From: Ignavibacteriota bacterium
GTDB lineage: Bacteria; Bacteroidota; Ignavibacteria; UBA10030; UBA6906
DNA: 64,000 nucleotides
Assembly (NCBI GenBank): GCA_963801355.1
Contig: CAWDEM010000008.1
Location: 192,001-256,000, forward strand
Direction: 5' to 3'
In this document: in pieces, positions 9,824 to 19,398 of the stretch
Numbering within the stretch: position 1 is the first letter of the stretch
How the letters are laid out: each line of letters begins with the position of its first letter
Position numbers and translations under genes: made by a program
The notes under the pieces: model-generated
The model's database searches: none
What the model saw: only the letters and a program-made list of their open reading frames with translations
Told to the model about the DNA's origin: nothing

Positions 9824-12229
9824 ATGCCTGAGCCGAATCTCTTTCCAGGAAAATACGGTCACTTCTCCGCGGACGGGCGGGAGTATGTCATCACCGATCC
9901 GCGCACGCCGCGACCCTGGATCAACGTCATCAGCAACGGCGACTACGGCCTCACGTTTTCACAGGGCGGTAGCGGATACAGCTGGCGGACGCATGCACAG
10001 CTCAACCGGCTGACCAGGTGGGAACAGGACCTGCTGAGGGACGACTGGGGAAAATACATTTATATCACTGACGAGTCCGGCCACTGCTGGTCGGCGGCAT
10101 GGAAACCCGTCGCGGTCGAGCCCTCGGAATACCGCTGCCGTCACGGCTTCGGATACTCTGTTATCGAGTCGCGCAACTTCGGCATACGGAGCGTTTTCAC
10201 GGTCTTTGTCCCCAATGACGAACCCTGTGAAGTCTGGATGCTCGAGCTGAAGAACACGTCGCGGCGGACCCGGCGGTTGCGTCTGACTACCTACCTTGAA
10301 TGGTGTCTCGGTGCCGCGCCCGATTGGCATCGCGAATTTCACCGGACGTTCATCGAGACGGAATTCGACCGGGACGCGCGCGCGATATTTGCCAGAAAAC
10401 GTCTCTGGGAAATCCCCACGGCGAAGGGACACTGGAATGCAGACTGGAACTATGTAGGATTCCACGGCTGCAGCCAGGCCCCGAATTCCTTCGACACCGA
10501 CAAGGAGACCTTCCTCGGGCGCTACGGTTCCCTCCGGCAGCCCGAAGGGGTGAAGGGCTCCGCTCTCAAGGGCCGGTCGGGGAAATGGCTTGACCCGATC
10601 GCGAGCCTCAGAGCACACATCGTGCTGCAACCGGGTGAGGAGAAGACGGTCTGCTTCACGCTCGGAGCTGCAGGTTCCCTTCAGGAAGCGCGGGATATCG
10701 CGAAGAAATACCAATCCCGGGAGTCAGCAAAGAAAGCTCTTGCAGCAGTGAGCCAGCGGTGGGAGACGCTTCTCGGAACTACGTCTGTGACTACTCCTGA
10801 TCCCGCACTGGACCTCATGGTCAACTACTGGTTGAAGTACCAGGCAATCTCAGGGAGGATCTGGGGTAGGACGGCATACTACCAGACGGGCGGAGCATTC
10901 GGGTTCCGCGACCAGTTGCAGGATTCCCAGATCTTTCTTCCCATCGATGCTGCGCGAACCCGGGATCAGATACTCCTGCATGCACGGCATCAGTTCAAAG
11001 ACGGCTCCGTATATCACTGGTGGCACCCCATCACGGAGGTCGGTCTTCGCAACGACATGAGCGACAATCTGCTCTGGCTCCCGTTCGTTGTTGCGAACTA
11101 CCTTGCGGAAACCGGTGAGGTTGCAGTTCTCCAGGACCGGCAGCCATTTCTTGACGACAGTACGCCTGCGACACTCTTCGACCATTGTCACCGGGCGATC
11201 GACCGCGTGTGGGGAAGAAGAAGCCCGCGCGGCTTGCCACTGATCGGGGCGGGCGACTGGAATGACGGATTGAGTGCCGTGGGTCTGGATATGAAGGGAG
11301 AGTCGGTCTGGCTGGGGCATTTCCTTCACAGGATACTCCTCGATTTTTCGGATATCGCGGCCCGGACGGGCGAGCGGAACCGTTCCGTGGAATACCGGGG
11401 ACGGGCAGAGATTCTACGTGAAGTGCTCAATCAGGAGGGATGGGATGGCGAGTGGTACTGGCGTGCAACGAAGGACTCCGGAGAGAAACTTGGCAGCAAA
11501 GAGAACAAAGAAGGAATGATTTATCTGAACGCCCAGACCTGGGCGGTCATAGCTGATGTGGCGGACGAAACACGCGGCGGGCTGGTGATGGATGCCGTTG
11601 AACGGTTCCTCGAATACAAGGCGGGTCCTCTCCTTCTCGTCCCCGCATACCAGACGCCGGACGTGAACATCGGGTATCTCTCCAGGTACGCGCCCGGTGT
11701 GCGGGAAAACGGGGGCGTCTACACTCATGCCGCCACGTGGTCGGTGCTTGCGGCAGCCAGGATCGGGCGAGGGGAGATGGCGTACCGCCTCTTCTCCAAG
11801 ATCAATCCCATCGTACGCGGAAGGAAGCCGGACGAGTATTATGCCGAACCGTATGTCACCGCGGGAAATATCGATGGTCCGGATTCACCCTGGTACGGTC
11901 GTGGCGGGTGGACGTGGTACACAGGTTCTGCAGCGTGGCTCTTCCGGGCTGCCATGGAAGGCATCCTCGGAATCAGGCCGACCGCCGGGGGATTACTCGT
12001 GGATCCCTGCATCATGCCGGCCTGGAAGGGATTTCACGTGCGCAGGAGGTTCCGTGGAGCTCTGTACGACATCGAAGTGAGGAATCCCGACAAGACGACC
12101 GTCGGGGTGTCTGCGTTGGAGATTGATGGCGTGGCTGTGAATGTCACTTCCCGGGGCCGGGGCGTCCTTCTTCCAATGTTCCCTCCGGAAACCGATCACC
12201 GCGTTGTTGTCACGATGGGGAACTCTTAG
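9824..12229 (+). CDS. GH94 glycoside phosphorylase
   Basis: YGHFSADGREYVI, TPRPWINVISN, YQTGGAFGFRDQLQD, catalytic GDWNDGL, GESVWL, RENGGVYTHA, WYTGSAAW. Confidence 0.93.
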   Translation: MPEPNLFPGKYGHFSADGREYVITDPRTPRPWINVISNGDYGLTFSQGGSGYSWRTHAQLNRLTRWEQDLLRDDWGKYIYITDESGHCWSAAWKPVAVEPSEYRCRHGFGYSVIESRNFGIRSVFTVFVPNDEPCEVWMLELKNTSRRTRRLRLTTYLEWCLGAAPDWHREFHRTFIETEFDRDARAIFARKRLWEIPTAKGHWNADWNYVGFHGCSQAPNSFDTDKETFLGRYGSLRQPEGVKGSALKGRSGKWLDPIASLRAHIVLQPGEEKTVCFTLGAAGSLQEARDIAKKYQSRESAKKALAAVSQRWETLLGTTSVTTPDPALDLMVNYWLKYQAISGRIWGRTAYYQTGGAFGFRDQLQDSQIFLPIDAARTRDQILLHARHQFKDGSVYHWWHPITEVGLRNDMSDNLLWLPFVVANYLAETGEVAVLQDRQPFLDDSTPATLFDHCHRAIDRVWGRRSPRGLPLIGAGDWNDGLSAVGLDMKGESVWLGHFLHRILLDFSDIAARTGERNRSVEYRGRAEILREVLNQEGWDGEWYWRATKDSGEKLGSKENKEGMIYLNAQTWAVIADVADETRGGLVMDAVERFLEYKAGPLLLVPAYQTPDVNIGYLSRYAPGVRENGGVYTHAATWSVLAAARIGRGEMAYRLFSKINPIVRGRKPDEYYAEPYVTAGNIDGPDSPWYGRGGWTWYTGSAAWLFRAAMEGILGIRPTAGGLLVDPCIMPAWKGFHVRRRFRGALYDIEVRNPDKTTVGVSALEIDGVAVNVTSRGRGVLLPMFPPETDHRVVVTMGNS

Positions 12230-12231
12230 CG

Positions 12232-14757
12232 ATGAACACATACGCTGTCTCGAACTACCAGAAGAAAACACGCGTGCTCGGTCTTGCCATACTGACGGTT
12301 CTTGGTGCAGCCGGGATCCAGACGTCGCCCTGCCACGCTCAGACGACACCGCCGATTGTCATCTTTGACGAGGACGATGCGGCCGGTACGGGGTACTACG
12401 ATGCTTCGTTCGGCACACGCCAGGGCGGCAGCCTGCTGACGCTTGCAGGTGCGGCGAGCGACAAACTCCCGATAATTACCGGACGCGCGTACTCAGGGAC
12501 GCAGTGCGGTCTCCTGCAATGGACATCAGGCCCGGGGGCTCTCTGGGGTCTCTACGTCTCCAGTCCGGCCTGGATGGCGCGTGATGCGTCGAAATATGAT
12601 TCGTTGACGTTGATGTTCAATGGCCCGGCGATCATCGATACGGCCATGCTTCCCTGGATCAGTTTGGAAAGCACCACGAATCAAAAAGCCTCCACCGTAA
12701 GTCTGGCGACATTCCTGCCTCAGGGCCTTGACGCTGACACTGCGACGTGGCAGCGGATAAGCATCCCGCTCGGTGCTTTCAAACCGTACGGTTCCTTCCT
12801 GCTCGAGCAGTTCAAGGATTTCTGGTTCAGTCAGCGGGCTGCGGACAATGTACAGCACACGATCTGGTTTGACAACGTCTGCCTGGTCGGGAAAGAGGGC
12901 ACTCTTGCCCCCGTTGCTGTGCGGGAGCTGGTAGCCCGGAGCGGCGATCGGAGCGTACTTCTCCATTGGGAGCCGGATTCGGTACAGCTGGCGGATGGCT
13001 ACTATGTCTACCGCGCCATACAAACCGCCGGTCCATATACCCGTCTGACGGCAACTGCAGCTCCGCTCTCAGGCTGGGCGGATGTCACGGTGAGCAACGG
13101 ACAAACCTATTGGTATTACGTTCGCGCTGTCGGGGGTGGAGCAGTGGAGGGTCCCCCCTCGGACACCGTTGCCGTCGCTCCTGCGGCGTTTCTGAACGAC
13201 GGGGATTTTCTGGATTACGTGCAGCGTGCTGCAATCGACTATTTCTGGTACGAGGCGAATCCGTCAAATGGCCTGATCCGTGACCGTAGCCAGCGTGGCT
13301 CGCCGGCCAGCATCGCCGCTACCGGTTTCGGCCTTTCTGCGATTCATGTCGGAGCTGACCACGGGTGGATCCCCCGTGCGGCGGCGCGAGACCGCGTACT
13401 CAGAACATTGCAGACATTCTGGGAGGGGCCCCAGGGGACCGGGATCTCCGGGACGATCGGCTACCGCGGTTTCTTCTACCATTTTCTCGACATGACCACG
13501 GCAACGCGGATGGTCAGCTGGGATCCCGAACTCTCGTCGATCGACACAGGGTTGTTGCTCGCGGGGATTCTGGATGCGCGCCAGTACTTCAACGGTGCGG
13601 ATTCCCTTGAGTCGCGAATCCGCGAGCTTGCCGATTCAATCTACGCCAGGGTCGAATGGGACTGGATGCGCAACGGCGGAGTGTCGCTGACCCATGGGTG
13701 GCAACCGGCGTCCGGTTTTCTTCCATACCGGTGGACCGGGTATTGCGAGGCGATGATTTTGTATATCCTGGCAATGGGAGCGCCTGCCCACGCCATTCCC
13801 GGGAGTGCATGGGGGTCATGGACGAGCGGGTACAGCTGGTACTCAAACCAGTACGGTTTTTCCTTCCTGGGTTTTCCTCCTCTCTTCGGTCATCAGTATA
13901 CGCACTGCTGGGTGGACTTCAGAGGAATCGCTGATGCCTACATGACTGCAAAGGGCATCACCTACGCAGAGAACACCCGGCGTGCCACACTTGCCCAGCA
14001 GGCCTACTGCATTGCGAACCCGAGAGGGTTCGCCGGATATGGCGCGCTTGTGTGGGGGTTGACTGCGTGCGACGGTCCAAACGGTACAGGCTACCTGGGT
14101 TACAGTGCCCGGGGGGCGCCCGGCCCTGGCACAATTGACGATGGGACGATTGCGCCCACCGCTGCAGCGGGGTCCATGCCGTTCACCCCGGAGATCTCTC
14201 TGCCCACGCTGCGCAATATGTACGATCAGTACAGGACGAATATCTGGACGCTGTACGGCTTTGCCGATGCGTTCAATCTTAAGGCGAATTGGTGGGATGC
14301 CGACGTCATCGGAATCGACCAGGGGCCAATTGCGTTGATGACCGAGAATCACAGGACCGGATCTCTCTGGACACGCTACATGGCCGCGCCGGAGATACAG
14401 CGCGGATTGTCCGCGGCTGGCTTCGCGACGTTGGTCTCTGTGCCGGGCGAGAAACACAACGTCCCCCTGCAGTGGGCACTCGAGCAGAACTATCCCAATC
14501 CTTTCAACCCGAGTACAACGATAGGATACACGGTACCGGGAACAGGCAGTAGGCACGAGGCAATAGGCAACGGGTGGATGCGGCTCAGCGTACATGACAT
14601 ACTGGGCCGTGAGGTCGCGGTGCTCGTGGATGAAAAGAAAGAACCCGGGAGCTACACGGTGACATGGAATGCGGCCGGCCTCGCGAGCGGCGTCTATCTG
14701 TGCAGGCTCACCGCAGGTGAGTTCACCGATGTGAAGCGGATGGTGCTGCTCCGCTAG
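12232..14757 (+). CDS. Multimodular GH144 (endo-beta-1,2-glucanase-like): CBM-like domain, FN3, GH144 catalytic domain, T9SS CTD
   Basis: SIAATGFGL, GFFYHFLD, ELSSIDTGLL, PLFGHQYTHCWVDFRG, WGLTACDGP, DDGTIAPTA, GIDQGP; FN3 (VLLHW..YYVYR..YWYYVRAV); CTD NYPNPFNP..LASGVY..KRMVLLR. Confidence 0.9.
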   Translation: MNTYAVSNYQKKTRVLGLAILTVLGAAGIQTSPCHAQTTPPIVIFDEDDAAGTGYYDASFGTRQGGSLLTLAGAASDKLPIITGRAYSGTQCGLLQWTSGPGALWGLYVSSPAWMARDASKYDSLTLMFNGPAIIDTAMLPWISLESTTNQKASTVSLATFLPQGLDADTATWQRISIPLGAFKPYGSFLLEQFKDFWFSQRAADNVQHTIWFDNVCLVGKEGTLAPVAVRELVARSGDRSVLLHWEPDSVQLADGYYVYRAIQTAGPYTRLTATAAPLSGWADVTVSNGQTYWYYVRAVGGGAVEGPPSDTVAVAPAAFLNDGDFLDYVQRAAIDYFWYEANPSNGLIRDRSQRGSPASIAATGFGLSAIHVGADHGWIPRAAARDRVLRTLQTFWEGPQGTGISGTIGYRGFFYHFLDMTTATRMVSWDPELSSIDTGLLLAGILDARQYFNGADSLESRIRELADSIYARVEWDWMRNGGVSLTHGWQPASGFLPYRWTGYCEAMILYILAMGAPAHAIPGSAWGSWTSGYSWYSNQYGFSFLGFPPLFGHQYTHCWVDFRGIADAYMTAKGITYAENTRRATLAQQAYCIANPRGFAGYGALVWGLTACDGPNGTGYLGYSARGAPGPGTIDDGTIAPTAAAGSMPFTPEISLPTLRNMYDQYRTNIWTLYGFADAFNLKANWWDADVIGIDQGPIALMTENHRTGSLWTRYMAAPEIQRGLSAAGFATLVSVPGEKHNVPLQWALEQNYPNPFNPSTTIGYTVPGTGSRHEAIGNGWMRLSVHDILGREVAVLVDEKKEPGSYTVTWNAAGLASGVYLCRLTAGEFTDVKRMVLLR
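14544..14571 (+). repeat. Four tandem heptamers AGGCANN inside the T9SS CTD coding sequence
   Basis: aggcagt aggcacg aggcaat aggcaac read directly. Confidence 0.85.
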
Positions 14758-14876
14758 CATCGATCGAATTCAGGGGCAAGCAGTTATGATTGTCTCTTGG
14801 TTAGAACAGCATGCAGGGGCTGGCATTGATCATCGGAAGAGTACATAGTCACTGGCACTCATGATTCTCCATTAGC

Positions 14877-16271
14877 ATGGTACGCACGCGCTCGCTCGCC
14901 ATATGTGGATTTCTCCTGCTTGCCTTCCTCTCCCTTCATTGCGGGGGGAGCGGCACCTCGACCGTTTCGAATTACGCCTCATGGGATCCGTTCCTCGACA
15001 CCCTGCAATCACGTACGCTGCAGTTCTTCCTGGCGACCGCTGATTCCACAACCGGTCTGAGTCCTGACCGATGGCCTTCCGCTTCACCCTCGAGCATCGC
15101 GGCGGTGGGATATGCCCTGACCGGATACCCCATTGCGGCGGAGAGGGGATTGATCACGCGCGCGGAGGCGGCCCGGCGTGTCCTGAATGTGCTGGAGTTC
15201 CTCTGGAAGCTCCCTCAAAGCGACCGGCCGGTCTCGACAGCCGGCTACCGCGGACTCTTCTATCATTTCATAGCGATGCAAACCGGGCTCCGTGTCTGGA
15301 ATTGTGAACTCTCCACGATCGACACAGGCCTGCTCATGGCAGGCGCTCTCTTCTGCCAGAGCTACTTCGATGCCGCGGAGCCGCAGGAGGCCGAGATCCG
15401 GGCGATGGCCGACAGTCTCTACCGGCGGGTCGACTGGCTCTGGGCGAGTGATGGGTCCCAGGGCATTCGTCTTGGCTGGTATCCCGAACGAGGGTTCGTG
15501 AAGAAGACCTGGACCGGTTACGATGAGGCGATGATCCTGTATATTCTTGCTCTCGGTTCACCGACCCATGCAATCCCGGCGGAGTCATGGAATTACTACA
15601 CCTCGACATATCTCTGGGCGGAGTACCAGGGGTCCGAGTTCGTCAGCTTTGGACCCCTCTTTGGACACCAGTACTCCCACTGCTGGATTGATTTCCGGGG
15701 GATTCAGGATGTGTATATGCGGTCCCGTGGCATTGACTACTTCGAGAACTCCCGGCGGGCAACCGCTTCGCAACGATCCTATGCAATTGCGAATCCGGCC
15801 GGATTTGCCGGCTATTCGGACAGCATCTGGGGGCTGACGGCGTGCGATGGTCCCCGCGACGTTGTTCTTCACGTCGAGGGGCGGGAGCGGAAGTTCCAAA
15901 CATATGCCGCCCGGGGAGTCTCGGTGGACTGGGTTAATGATGATGGGACAATTGCTCCCACTGCGGCGGGGGGATCCGTGGCATTTGCGCCGGAGCTCTG
16001 CGTTCCTGCCCTCAAGGCATTGCGGAACCGCCACGGGGACCGTCTCTTCCGGGAGTTCGGCTTCGCCGATGCGTTCAACATGACCTTCATTACCCCGGAA
16101 ACCCCGGCGGGGTGGTATGATGCGGATTATATCGGGATCGATCAGGGGCCGATTGCGGTCATGATCGAAAACCTCCGGAATGGTTTCGTGTGGGAGACCA
16201 TGAAGAAGAATCCATATGTTGTGAGCGGATTGAAGCGAGCAGGGTTCACCGGGGCATGGCTCCAGCATTGA
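14877..16271 (+). CDS. GH144 beta-1,2-glucanase-like protein, probable lipoprotein
   Basis: SIAAVGYAL, GLFYHF, ELSTIDTGLL, YDEAMILY, PLFGHQYSHCWIDFRG, YFENSRRAT, DDGTIAPTA, GIDQGP; N-terminal hydrophobic stretch ending in Cys (LSLHC). Confidence 0.9.
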   Translation: MVRTRSLAICGFLLLAFLSLHCGGSGTSTVSNYASWDPFLDTLQSRTLQFFLATADSTTGLSPDRWPSASPSSIAAVGYALTGYPIAAERGLITRAEAARRVLNVLEFLWKLPQSDRPVSTAGYRGLFYHFIAMQTGLRVWNCELSTIDTGLLMAGALFCQSYFDAAEPQEAEIRAMADSLYRRVDWLWASDGSQGIRLGWYPERGFVKKTWTGYDEAMILYILALGSPTHAIPAESWNYYTSTYLWAEYQGSEFVSFGPLFGHQYSHCWIDFRGIQDVYMRSRGIDYFENSRRATASQRSYAIANPAGFAGYSDSIWGLTACDGPRDVVLHVEGRERKFQTYAARGVSVDWVNDDGTIAPTAAGGSVAFAPELCVPALKALRNRHGDRLFREFGFADAFNMTFITPETPAGWYDADYIGIDQGPIAVMIENLRNGFVWETMKKNPYVVSGLKRAGFTGAWLQH

Positions 16272-16281
16272 GGGCTCTGGC

Positions 16282-19200
16282 ATGATGTTCACAATTCCCC
16301 TCCTCCTTGCCTTCCTTTTTTCTACAGTTCCTCAGACTGTTCCTGTGTCAGTCCTTCTGGATGATTTCTCGACGCTTGCCGGTTGGAAGACCATCGTTTC
16401 CGACGGGGCGGCGCTCAGGCTGGAAGCCGCCAGGGGAGCGTCCGGAATGTGTATGATGATGGAATTCGACCTGACCGGAGGGGCCGGCTACGTGATTGCG
16501 GAAAAGCCGTTCAACATCGATCTTCCCGCAGACTATCAATTCACGTTTGACCTCCGTGGAGAGACTCCGATCAACAACTTCGAGTTTAAGGTCATTGACG
16601 AATACGAAAACGTTCACTGGATAAAGAAGCTGAATGTCACCTATCCGACAGAGTGGACGAAGCAACGGATCAAGAAGCGGCATCTCAGCTTTGCCTGGGG
16701 TCCGGCAGCGGGGAAAGAACTCCGGCATGTGCGTGCGCTGCAGTTCGTCGTGTCAGCGGGAACGGGAGGGAGGGGGAGAGTCTGGGTGGACAATTTCCGG
16801 TTCGAGCGCCTGGATGACAGCGCTGCGGCCGGGGCAGTCGCCGTTGTGATCAATGGCGAAGCACGGATTGACGCTGCCGGAACTGTCCTGACATTCTGGG
16901 CCTCCGGTGCCGCTCCCGATTCCCTGGTCATCGACTTCCATCACACGAAGGAGGTAGGCGGAGCCGTGATCGACTGGGACAGTGCGGATTATGCGAGCTC
17001 CTATGACATACTCACGTCGGATGATGGAAATGACTGGAATCATGTATATGGTGTTCAGCGTGGGAAGCCGGGGCGCGCGTACATCCCCTGTGGCGAGGCG
17101 GAGGGGAGATTCTTGAAATTGCGCACTCGTGGCGACAGTCGCGGCCGGGGTGCGGTCATGCTGAGAATGTACATCAAAGATCCCTCCTTCTCTTCCTCAT
17201 CCAACAACCTGTACCGGACAATTGCTGGAGAGGCGCCTCCAGGTTATTTTCCGAAGTACTTCCTGGACCAGCAATCGTACTGGACGGTGGTCGGAGTGAG
17301 CGGGGACGCCAAAGAGGCGTTGATCAACGAGCAGGGTCAGATCGAGGTGGACCGTGTGCGGTTTTCCCTTGAGCCCTTCCTCTTCGTCGATGGGAGGCTG
17401 GTAACCTGGAATGACGTCAACACAACCCCTTCGCTGCGCAAAGGCTATCTGCCCATTCCTTCCGTCACGTGGAACTACAGAGGCGCGGTGACATTGACGA
17501 TCGAAGCAGTCGCAGCCGGAGCACGCGGACAGTCGTTCCTCGGCATCCGGTATTCTCTGACAACCAGGGTGGAAAACCTCCACGGGAAGCTGTTTGTAGC
17601 GATCCGGCCATTCCAGGTCAACCCGCCCTGGCAATTCCTGAACATTCAAGGTGGGACAGCGCGCGTCGACACTATCTCGTACCGGGACGGAATGGTCTTC
17701 GTGGACAGCACCATGATAATCCCGATGAAGGCGCCGACCGGATTCGGCGCACTGGAGTTCGACGAGGGTGATATTACTGAATATCTTGCACGGGGCGAAT
17801 TGCCGCGCGCGCAACACGTGTACGATCACTCCGGCCATGCCTCGGCAGGGCTCTCGTATGATTTTCGTCTCGACCGGAGTGAGACAAAGGAAGTACACTT
17901 CGTCATCCCCTTCCATGGCCGGGACCCTTCTGCGATTCCGGAGTTTGACGAGTTGATGCAGGCGAGCGTGAAGGCATGGGAGGGCAGTCTTGATAGGGTG
18001 GAGTTCTCCCTGCCTCCTTCCGCGCAAGATGTCGCGCGGACACTCAAATCGAATCTCGCATACATTTTCATCAATCGTGATGGTCCCGGAATTCAGCCCG
18101 GCTCGCGGAGCTACGAGCGTTCGTGGATTCGCGACGGATCGTTGACCTGTGCCGCTCTTCTGCGGCTCGGGCACCAGGAGGAGGTGCGGGAGTTCATCGA
18201 CTGGTATGCACGGGGACAATTCCCGAATGGCAAGGTCCCGTGCGTGATTGATGCCCGGGGTTCCGACCCGGTGCCCGAACATGACAGCCACGGAGAATTC
18301 ATCTATGCAATACGGCAGTACTTCCTCTTCTCAAAGGACACGGCCTGGCTGCGGGGGAAGTTTGACGGGGTGACCAGAGCAGTCCGCTACATCCAGTCTC
18401 TCCGCGCTGAGCGGAAGACGGAGGTGTACCGCACCGGAACGCCGGAGCAACGTGCCTGTTTCGGTCTGGTGCCGGAGTCCATCAGTCACGAGGGATATTC
18501 TGACGTTCCGCGTCACTCCTACTGGGATTGTTTTTTTGTTCTGCGCGGGCTGAAAGACGCCACAGCAATCGCGGAGGCACTCGGCGAAAACGCTTTAAGC
18601 CGGGAGTTCGCTGAAGAACGGGACGATTTCCAGCGGGATCTCTATGCATCGATGCGTCTGGCGATGCACACAACCGGCGTCGACTATATCCCCGGCTGTG
18701 TGGAGCTCGGTGATTTTGACGCGACATCCACGACGGTCGGACTCGCGCCGGGCGGAGAACTCGGAGCGATACCGGAACCGCAGTTGCACAACACGTTCGA
18801 CCGGTACTACGGGTTCTTCCAGAAACGGAAGGCCGATGCCATGTTCGTCAATTACACGCCGTACGAGGCCCGCATCATCGGATCCTTCGTCCTGCTGGGG
18901 GAGAAGGAGCGTGCGGCGGATCTCATGCAGTTCCTTCTCAACGATCGCCGGCCCACTGCATGGAATCACTGGGCCGAGGTTGTGTGGCGGCATCCGGCAA
19001 CCCCGAAATATATCGGCGACATGCCCCACACATGGGTGGGATCTGATTTCATCCGGTCGGTGCTCACGATGTTCCTGTACGATCGCGAACGGGATTCGGC
19101 TCATGTCCTGTGCGCCGGAATTCCGGACCGGTGGATCCTCGACCCTGCCGGTGTCAGAGTCGAGCGGCTTCCCACATATCACGGGACGATCAGCTACACA

Positions 19201-19398
19201 TTGCGGAGAAGCGGGAAGAGTGTTCTCGCTGCTGTATCAGGCAGCTTTGACGCTGCGCATCATAGATTGCTCATTGCTTCCCCCCTGGCGAGCAGGCTTC
19301 GCGGCGTGGAGGTTAATGGCCGGCCGGTGCCGGTCCTTGAGAGTCGTGAAATTATCTTGAAGGCATTACCCGCACAGGTGGAGTTCATGTACCGATGA
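16282..19398 (+). CDS. Discoidin (F5/8 type C)/CBM-containing putative (alpha/alpha)6 glycoside hydrolase
   Basis: Signal peptide; N-terminal galactose-binding-like fold; F5/8 motif IDW..YASSYDILTSDDGNDW; C-terminal six-hairpin motifs PGSRSYERSWIRDG, PEHDSHGE, ESISHEGY, GDMPHTW. Confidence 0.75.
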   Translation: MMFTIPLLLAFLFSTVPQTVPVSVLLDDFSTLAGWKTIVSDGAALRLEAARGASGMCMMMEFDLTGGAGYVIAEKPFNIDLPADYQFTFDLRGETPINNFEFKVIDEYENVHWIKKLNVTYPTEWTKQRIKKRHLSFAWGPAAGKELRHVRALQFVVSAGTGGRGRVWVDNFRFERLDDSAAAGAVAVVINGEARIDAAGTVLTFWASGAAPDSLVIDFHHTKEVGGAVIDWDSADYASSYDILTSDDGNDWNHVYGVQRGKPGRAYIPCGEAEGRFLKLRTRGDSRGRGAVMLRMYIKDPSFSSSSNNLYRTIAGEAPPGYFPKYFLDQQSYWTVVGVSGDAKEALINEQGQIEVDRVRFSLEPFLFVDGRLVTWNDVNTTPSLRKGYLPIPSVTWNYRGAVTLTIEAVAAGARGQSFLGIRYSLTTRVENLHGKLFVAIRPFQVNPPWQFLNIQGGTARVDTISYRDGMVFVDSTMIIPMKAPTGFGALEFDEGDITEYLARGELPRAQHVYDHSGHASAGLSYDFRLDRSETKEVHFVIPFHGRDPSAIPEFDELMQASVKAWEGSLDRVEFSLPPSAQDVARTLKSNLAYIFINRDGPGIQPGSRSYERSWIRDGSLTCAALLRLGHQEEVREFIDWYARGQFPNGKVPCVIDARGSDPVPEHDSHGEFIYAIRQYFLFSKDTAWLRGKFDGVTRAVRYIQSLRAERKTEVYRTGTPEQRACFGLVPESISHEGYSDVPRHSYWDCFFVLRGLKDATAIAEALGENALSREFAEERDDFQRDLYASMRLAMHTTGVDYIPGCVELGDFDATSTTVGLAPGGELGAIPEPQLHNTFDRYYGFFQKRKADAMFVNYTPYEARIIGSFVLLGEKERAADLMQFLLNDRRPTAWNHWAEVVWRHPATPKYIGDMPHTWVGSDFIRSVLTMFLYDRERDSAHVLCAGIPDRWILDPAGVRVERLPTYHGTISYTLRRSGKSVLAAVSGSFDAAHHRLLIASPLASRLRGVEVNGRPVPVLESREIILKALPAQVEFMYR

